Below, in pieces: positions 50,531-57,120 of a stretch of 57,120 bases of DNA (positions are counted from its first letter, which is position 1; every line of letters starts with the position of its first letter). The DNA comes from Chiloscyllium plagiosum (lineage: Eukaryota). The notes beneath the pieces were generated by a model that was not told the origin of the DNA, did not search any database, and worked only from the letters and a program-made list of their open reading frames with translations. Made by a program: the position numbers and the translations under genes. The stretch spans positions 25,742,663 to 25,799,782 of the forward strand of contig NC_057719.1 in NCBI RefSeq assembly GCF_004010195.1. Reading direction: 5' to 3'.

Positions 50531-50683
50531 TTAAATGCTGTCTTGGCACATTGGCAGGTTGACAAAGGTAAACACATTGAATTCGATCATTATTGAGAAA
50601 CACAAGAAGATAGCATAGAGGATGAGCACATAAATACCAAGCTTTGTATCCAGTTTCCATCCATTCACGTGGATACCAGCCAC
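50531..50683 (-). CDS. SLC24A4: Last coding exon of K+-dependent Na/Ca exchanger NCKX4
   Basis: Acceptor tttgtggttctag is followed by VAGIHVNGWKLDTKLGIYVLILYAIFLCFSIMIEFNVFTFVNLPMCQDSI* (50 aa plus TAA at 50531-50533). This closely matches the recalled vertebrate SLC24A4 C-terminus (...YAIFLCFSIMIEFNVFTFVNLPMC...), and synteny with RIN3 agrees. The frame is not in the ORF track. Confidence 0.93.
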   Translation of the reverse strand: MAGIHVNGWKLDTKLGIYVLILYAIFLCFSIMIEFNVFTFVNLPMCQDSI

Positions 50684-51253
50684 CTAGAACCACAAATACA
50701 AATATATATGTATACACAGTTAGCATAGAGTAAAGGATATGCAATCACATTGTATTGAAGACAGTAACCGATGTTAGGAGCTGATAGTGTTCAACATGAC
50801 TTTAGCATTTATATCAACTAATATTTTACATTTCAGCATTTAACTACATTGAGCTCCTAAAATAATTTTAGTGCTTATGACGGGTAAACAAATTTTTCGA
50901 TAAAATGGCAAGTGTCTGAAGTCTGTCTGCAGTCCATTAGCCACTATTGCTCACCACTTCCAAAAGTACATGAGAATAGCCTTTGTGTTTAAAGTAAAAT
51001 GCCACACAGTAAGGCACAAACCCATTGTAGAGTTTTGTTATCAGAAGATAATTCCGGCAAAATCAGTGGCAACGGGCACAACCAGCAGGCGAAAAGAAAC
51101 ATACAATTTGACCTTAAGAAAAATAAGTAAACGTTTCTGCTTTGTAGTGCAAACATTTACAAACATTATTTCATTCATTTGTCATTGCTGGTCACAATAT
51201 ATTTCAACATTTGTTGCTCCTTTATTTCTTTTCTTGTCAGACTGAAAATATTA

Positions 51254-53705
51254 TGGATGTAGGTTTGTTTGCTGAGCTGCAAGGTTCATTTCCAGACATT
51301 TTGTTACCCTACTAGGTAACATCTTCAGAGGACCTCAGGTGAAGCAGTGCTGAAAATTCCTGCTTTCTATTTATGTGTTTGGGTTTCTTTGCGTTGGTGA
51401 TGTCATTTCCTGTGGTGATGTTTTTACTGTGGTGAAAGCACTTCCTGTTCTTTTTCTCAGGAGGTAGTAGATGGGGTCAAACTCGATGTATTTGTTGATA
51501 GAGTTCCGGTTGGAATGCCGTGCTTCTAGGAATTCTCATGCGTGTCTTTGTTTGGCTTGTTCTAGGATGGATATGTTGTCCCAGTTGAAGTGGTGTCCTT
51601 CCTCATCTGTATGTAAGGATACTAGTGANNNNNNNNNNNNNNNNNNNNNGTTACGGTCCTTGCACGGTGTTTTGTAAATGACATTAGTTTTGTTTGTTGT
51701 CTGTATAGGGTCTTTCAAATTCATTAGCTGCTGTTTCAATGTGTTGGTGAGTTTGTGGACTACCATGATGCCAAGGTGTCTGAGTAGTCTGGCAGTCATT
51801 TCCGCGATGTTTTTGATGTAGGGGAGAGTGCCTAGGGTTTCTGGATGTGTTTTGTCTGCTTGTTTGGTTTTGTTGCTGAGAAATTGCAGACTGTGTATAT
51901 TTTGAATAAGCGGTATTGGTGATTTTTCTCTGCTCTGCGTAGTTATTCTGTGCTGCAGTGTGTATTGGTTCGTTGAAATAATCGTGCTGTGCTGTTCCAG
52001 CAATAAAGTTTCAACTTTGATCTCCAGCATCTGCAGACCTCACTTTCTCCTCGTTGAAATAATCGCTCTACTGTGACATCTAGAAATGGCAGTTTGTTGT
52101 TTTCCTCCTCTTTAGTGAATTTTATGCCAGTAAGGGTATGATTGATGGTCTTGAAGATTTCCTCTAATTTGTTTCATTTAGTGATGACAAAGGTGTCATC
52201 CACGTAGCGGACCCAAGTTTGGGTTGGATGGTTGGCAGAGCTGTTTGTTCGAGTCTCTGCATTACTGCCTCTGCTAAGAATCCTGATATCGGAGATCCCA
52301 CGGGTGTTCCGTTGGTTTGTCTGTAGGTTTTGTTGTTGAAGGTGAAGTCTGTGGTAAGGCATAGGTCGAGCTTGATGATACTGTCCTTGGCTCGGATTAA
52401 TGAAACCAGACAGATCCAACACACCACGCTTCTACGGATTACCCAAAATTCACAAACCAGGAGCCCCCCTCCAACCCATAGTCTCACTACCTGGAAAACC
52501 AACTTACAGATTGGGCAAGGAGCTACACAAAGACTAAAACACTTAGTAGAAGACTCACGCCACTCCATCCAAGAATTCTTGAAGAGCATCAAAGACACTA
52601 AGATAGAAGAGGATGAAATAATGGTCTCCTTTGTTGTAACAGCCCTGTTTACATCAATCAACATTAACCTGGCCAAGGAAACACTGACTACACTATTAGA
52701 AGATCTAAAGACACATACACCAAACACCACTAACTTCATCAATAAGGACACATGTCACAGTAAAGCAAACAGCCAATGGGGAACTTCAAACTAGCGTCTA
52801 CAGGAAAACAACACACATGGACCAAATATTGAACGACAGAAGCAGTCATCCCAACGTCCACAAACAAAGCTGCATCAGAACATTATTTCAACGAGCCAAC
52901 ACACACTGCAGCACAGAGGAACTACGCAGAGTAGAGGAAAATCACCTGTACAGTGTATTCAAAAAGATTGGGTACCCAATGAACACAGTCTGCCGATTTC
53001 TTAGCAACAAAACCAAACAAGCAGACAAAACACGTCCAAAAGCACTAACCACTCTCCCCTACATCAAAAACATCTCAGAAATGACTGCCAGACTACTCAG
53101 ACCCCTTGGCATCCCACAAACCCACCAACACACTAAAACAGCAGCTAATGAACTTGAAAGACCCTATACAGACAAGCAAAATGAACGTCATTTACAAAAT
53201 ACCGTGCAAGGACTGTAACAAACACTACATTGGACAAACAGGCAGAAAACTAGCCACCAGGATACATGAACACCAACTAGTCACAAAAAGACATGACCCT
53301 CTCTCACATACGGATGAGGAAGGACACCACTTTGACTTGGACAACACATCCATCCTAGGACAAACCAAACAAAGACACGCACAAGAATTCCTAGAAGCAC
53401 GGCATTCCAACAGGAACTTTATCAACAAACACATCAAGTTTGACCCTATATACTACCCCCTGAGGAAAGGAACAGAAAGTGACTTCACCACAGGAAATAA
53501 CATCACCACAGGAAATGACACCACCAACCCAAAGAAACCCAAACATATAAATAGAAAGCAGGAATTTTCAGCATTGCTTCACCTGAGGCCCACTGAAGAT
53601 GTTACCTAGTAGGGTAACAAAATGTCTGGAAATGAACCTTGCAGCTCAGCGAGCAAACCTACATCAAAAAACCTCAACCTGAGCTACAAATCTTCTCAAA
53701 ACTTG
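51254..53705. mobile_element. Penelope-like (Poseidon-type) retroelement with two inverted arms, degenerate
   Basis: RT remnants (TPVGSPISGFLAEAVM, WVRYVDDTF, MVSFVVTALFTSI) and a GIY-YIG domain (NVIYKIPCKDCNKHYIGQTGRKLATRIHEH). Minus arm about 51254-52390, plus arm about 52394-53705. TSD ctgaaaatatta at 51242-51253 and 53706-53717. Confidence 0.9.
51985..52050 (+). mobile_element. 66-nt family A 3' terminus nested in the Poseidon-type PLE
   Basis: ccagcatctgcagacctcactttctcc end. TSD tcgttgaaataatcg at 51970 and 52051. Confidence 0.75.
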
Positions 53706-54984
53706 CTGAAAATATTAGTTTTAAAAGCTACGGGGTGACTTTTCTGATTTTGGGAAGTTTCATGAAGGGTTTCTCTCCGTAAGCTTTGGTGAGTTTTCTC
53801 ATACAATTCTTTGCTACTCATCTCATTATATATGCCCAACACCTCACTGCAACTCAGCGCTATGCTGTGCTTGCCAGAGACAGAGCTACACATCACAGCC
53901 ATCACTTTCAGGGTTCCCACCGCCAGTGTCGGGTTTAAAGCCCAGCTATCCCCAATTCAGGTCAGTCCCTGCCAGCCAGATTGCCCTTTCGCAGTTTCTG
54001 TGTGGAAAGAACTGCCTCAGAGATGGTTGACAAGGGCTCCCTGGTTTATTGTTAGAGGCGTGGAGGTCCTCCGCAAATGTTCCTTGCCAGTTCTCAACCC
54101 AAACTTTAGCATTGTCCAGACCTTGTTACATTTGGACATGGATTGCTTCAGTACCTAAGGAGTTGCAAATGATGCCGAACACTATGCAATTATTGGTGAA
54201 CATTCTCACTTCAGACCTTATTCCGGAGGGAATGTCATTGAGGAAGCAGCTGAAGATGGTTGGGCTGAGGACATTGCCCTGTGGAACATCTGCAGAGATG
54301 TCCTGCAGCTGAGATGACTGACCTCCAACAACCATGACCATCTGCCTTTACGCTGAGTATGACCCTAATCAGCTGTTGATTCTCACTGACACATATCTGA
54401 CTCTGGTAGACATTAGATTATGATAGAATTTTGCACAGCTGTGACACTCTCCAAGTCAAATAGCTGGCTCTCAATGTCTTATTTACAGTGTTTGTATCAG
54501 AACACAGTCCTAGCAGTTGCCAGGACTGCGTCAGATGAATCCGATCAACAGTGAACCAGTCGTTCTGGGGGCAAACTCAGGTGGACTTCACACTGACAGT
54601 AATGCTGTCAGATTATATTTACATCCAAGGGTGTGCTGACTGTAATGATTATTTTAGACTTGTCTGTATATCTCACAATCTGCCAAGTCATGGTACTAAA
54701 TTGCACGTGTAGGTTTTGGAATGATAAATAGAGACATCAGGCTGGTAAGTATGAGTGATAGAAGTCAAAGAAAGCTTCAGCCTCCTGTTACTGTTGAATA
54801 GAGAGATGGAATATTATTTTCAGACGTAGGCTATTGCAAATTCTTCATAATGTCCCAGGAGAGGCACATGAGACCACTAAATACAAGACTGCCAAGCTGC
54901 TAAATTTAACATTCAATGATAAGTAACAGTCAGAATAGATAATCAAATTCTTGGTTTGTAAAATGCAGCGCAATTATGGAAACT

Positions 54985-55224
54985 TGGATAATACAGGTCC
55001 CAGACTGATAAATACAGCTGCCAGACTGGTGAAAGCTAACATTAACCTGATGAGTACAGCTCCCAAACTAATAAATGCACCATCAGAATAATGAACACAG
55101 CTCTCACACTCAAATATTTAGTCATTAGATTGATAAATACAGCTCCCAAACTAATAAAGCCATCATCAAGCTGATAAACACAGCTCCCAGATTATCAATT
55201 ACAGCCTTTAGCTTGATAAAAACA
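54985..55224. repeat. Degenerate 21-bp minisatellite, about 12 units
   Basis: Consensus approximately ctgataaatacagctcccaga. Confidence 0.75.
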
Positions 55225-56324
55225 AGGTGCATTAAGAATTAGGACTATTGAGGAAACTTAACTACTACAATTAGATCAAGATATGTTTAAGGATCGAGTG
55301 TCTTCATAGCAAATGATGTCTAGCTACAAAAAGTATTGCTCCACATGTGGGCAGTTAAAATATTAAATATGCTCATGTCTTAAAAAGGAAGAGAATTAAA
55401 GGCAGTGGTGAAGGAAAAGGGGAGCAGATATTTAGTTAATCAATTTCTAAACTTCTCATCCCTTATTGCTAAAATAAATACATTTCTGGGTATTATGTGC
55501 AGTTCTATTCAATATAACTAAAAGTTTACAGTTTTGGAATCATTCATGAGCTTGGTGAGGCTTCAGTTAAAACTGTGTCCAGGTTTGGTTTCCTCACACA
55601 ATGGGGAATATTGCTTTGGAAAGTGGGCAGTATGTGCCATTGTTTTAAATTCCAGTTAAAGCTCATTTAGCTGGGTAAGCCTGAAATGAGTTGGATCCCT
55701 CTACTTTAGACAAGTGTAGGCTTTAAGTGATTGACACCGCCCTCTTGCCCTCCCAGCCCCCCTTCCTCAACCTCCAAATTCCTGATGAAGGGCTTACACC
55801 CGAAATGTCGATTCTCCTGCTCCTCAGATGCTACCTGACCTGCTGTGCTTTTCCAGCACAGCATGTTTTGAGTGATTGAGTCGAGTGACCAAATTATGTT
55901 TATGCAAATAATCGTCTCTCAACTGGATAGATTCAAGAGGATCACGGTTACTAACGGCAAAACTAGATGGATCACATGGATGTTGGATTATTTCTGTTTT
56001 CCTGAGAAATAGTGGAGCTGTTGAATAGGTGAACCCTGATTTGCTAAATTATTTCAAGACAGAGTTCGATCTGTTTCTGATTTGGGTGGAAGCCACAAGA
56101 CTCACATTAATCAGGGCCAATACAATTCCCTGGACTAGTTTTGATTACTTCAGGAGGTCAGACAGTCTCCTATGATGGACTGAATTTCTATTTGATATTC
56201 TCTTTGTGTCAGGAGACTACTAGACATCAGGGGGTTATGTCTGGTGCATCTGACATCACAACTATCTGGGAGAAGCTGGATTGACAGTCAGTATTATAGA
56301 ATAGCAGAGCTATGTGGGACAAAA

Positions 56325-57120
56325 TAAGACCATAAGACATAGGAGTGGAAGTAAGGCCATTCGGCCCATCGAGTCCACTCCTCCATTCAATCATGGCTGA
56401 TGGGCATTTCAACTCCACTTACCCGCATTCCCTCTGTAGCCCTTAATTCCTTGTGACATCAAGAATTTATCAATCTCTGCCTTGAAGCCATTTAGCACCC
56501 TGGCCTCCACTGCACTCTGCGGCAATGAATTCCACAGGCACACCACTCTCTGGCTGAAGAAATGTCTCCGCATTTCTGTTCTGAATTTACCCCCTCTAAT
56601 TCTAAGGCTGTGTCCACAGGTCCTAGTCTCCAAGCCTAATGGAAACAATTTCCTAGCATCCACCCTTTCCAAGCCATGTATTATCTTGTAAGTTTCTATT
56701 AGATCTCCCCTTAATCTTCTAAACTCCAATGAATACAATCCCAGGATCCTCAGCCGTTCCTCGTATGTTAGACCTACCATTCCAGGGATCATCCGTGTGA
56801 ATCTTTGCTGGATACGCTCCAGTGTCAGTATGTCCTTCCTGAAGTGTGGGGACCAAAACTGGACACAGTACTCCAAATGGGTCCTAACCAGAGCTTTATA
56901 AAGTCTCAGTAGCACATCGCTGCTTTTATATTCCAACCGTCTTGAGATAAATGACAACATTGCATTTGTTTTCTTAATCACGGACTCAACCTGCATGTTT
57001 ACCTTTAGAGAATCCTCAACTAACACTCCCAGATCCCTCTGTACTTTGGCTTTACGAACTTTCTCACCGTTTAGAAAGTAGTCCAAGCTTGTATTCTTTT
57101 TTCCAAAGTGCAAGACCTCG
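56325..57120 (-). mobile_element. Young CR1 LINE 3' end in the SLC24A4 last intron, running off the window
   Basis: Uninterrupted 234-aa ORF2 C-terminus (56409-57113) and tcttatgg-type tail. Confidence 0.9.

Noticed and set aside
50439..50744. ORF-track 101-aa minus-strand ORF
   Set aside because: Wrong frame. The real SLC24A4 exon overlaps it in another frame.
54340..54390. Minus-strand VRINS resembling the SLC24A4 penultimate exon
   Set aside because: It is followed immediately by a stop codon and adjoins a LINE RT fragment. The real exon probably lies beyond the window.
54985..55224. Repeat-spacer appearance suggesting a CRISPR array
   Set aside because: Vertebrate intron, the apparent spacers are diverged copies of the same unit, and there are no cas genes.

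Overview
Eukaryotic, repeat-rich genomic DNA. The transposon families (HE1-type V-SINEs, HER1/CR1 LINEs) point to a shark. Two genes lie on the minus strand: the last coding exon of SLC24A4/NCKX4 (50531-50683) and, about 28.6 kb downstream, the first two coding exons of RIN3 (21847-21896 and 21405-21576). This matches the SLC24A4-RIN3 order known from other vertebrates. Positions 1-21404 appear to be RIN3 intron 2. Much of the remainder is CR1 LINE fragments, SINEs, a Rex1/Babar fragment and Penelope-like elements (PLEs) with GIY-YIG endonuclease remnants. The most striking pattern is four, probably five, distinct PLE-terminus families that each carry a minimal hammerhead ribozyme core (CTGAnGA - stem II - GAAA - palindromic stem III). 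About 18 short insertions of these termini are present. Many are fold-back palindromes whose turning point lies at the ribozyme, and most have 10-17 bp target-site duplications (TSDs). Almost all ORF-track entries are TE fragments or noise. Identifications come from recalled family motifs; no database search was run, and most TE boundaries are approximate.
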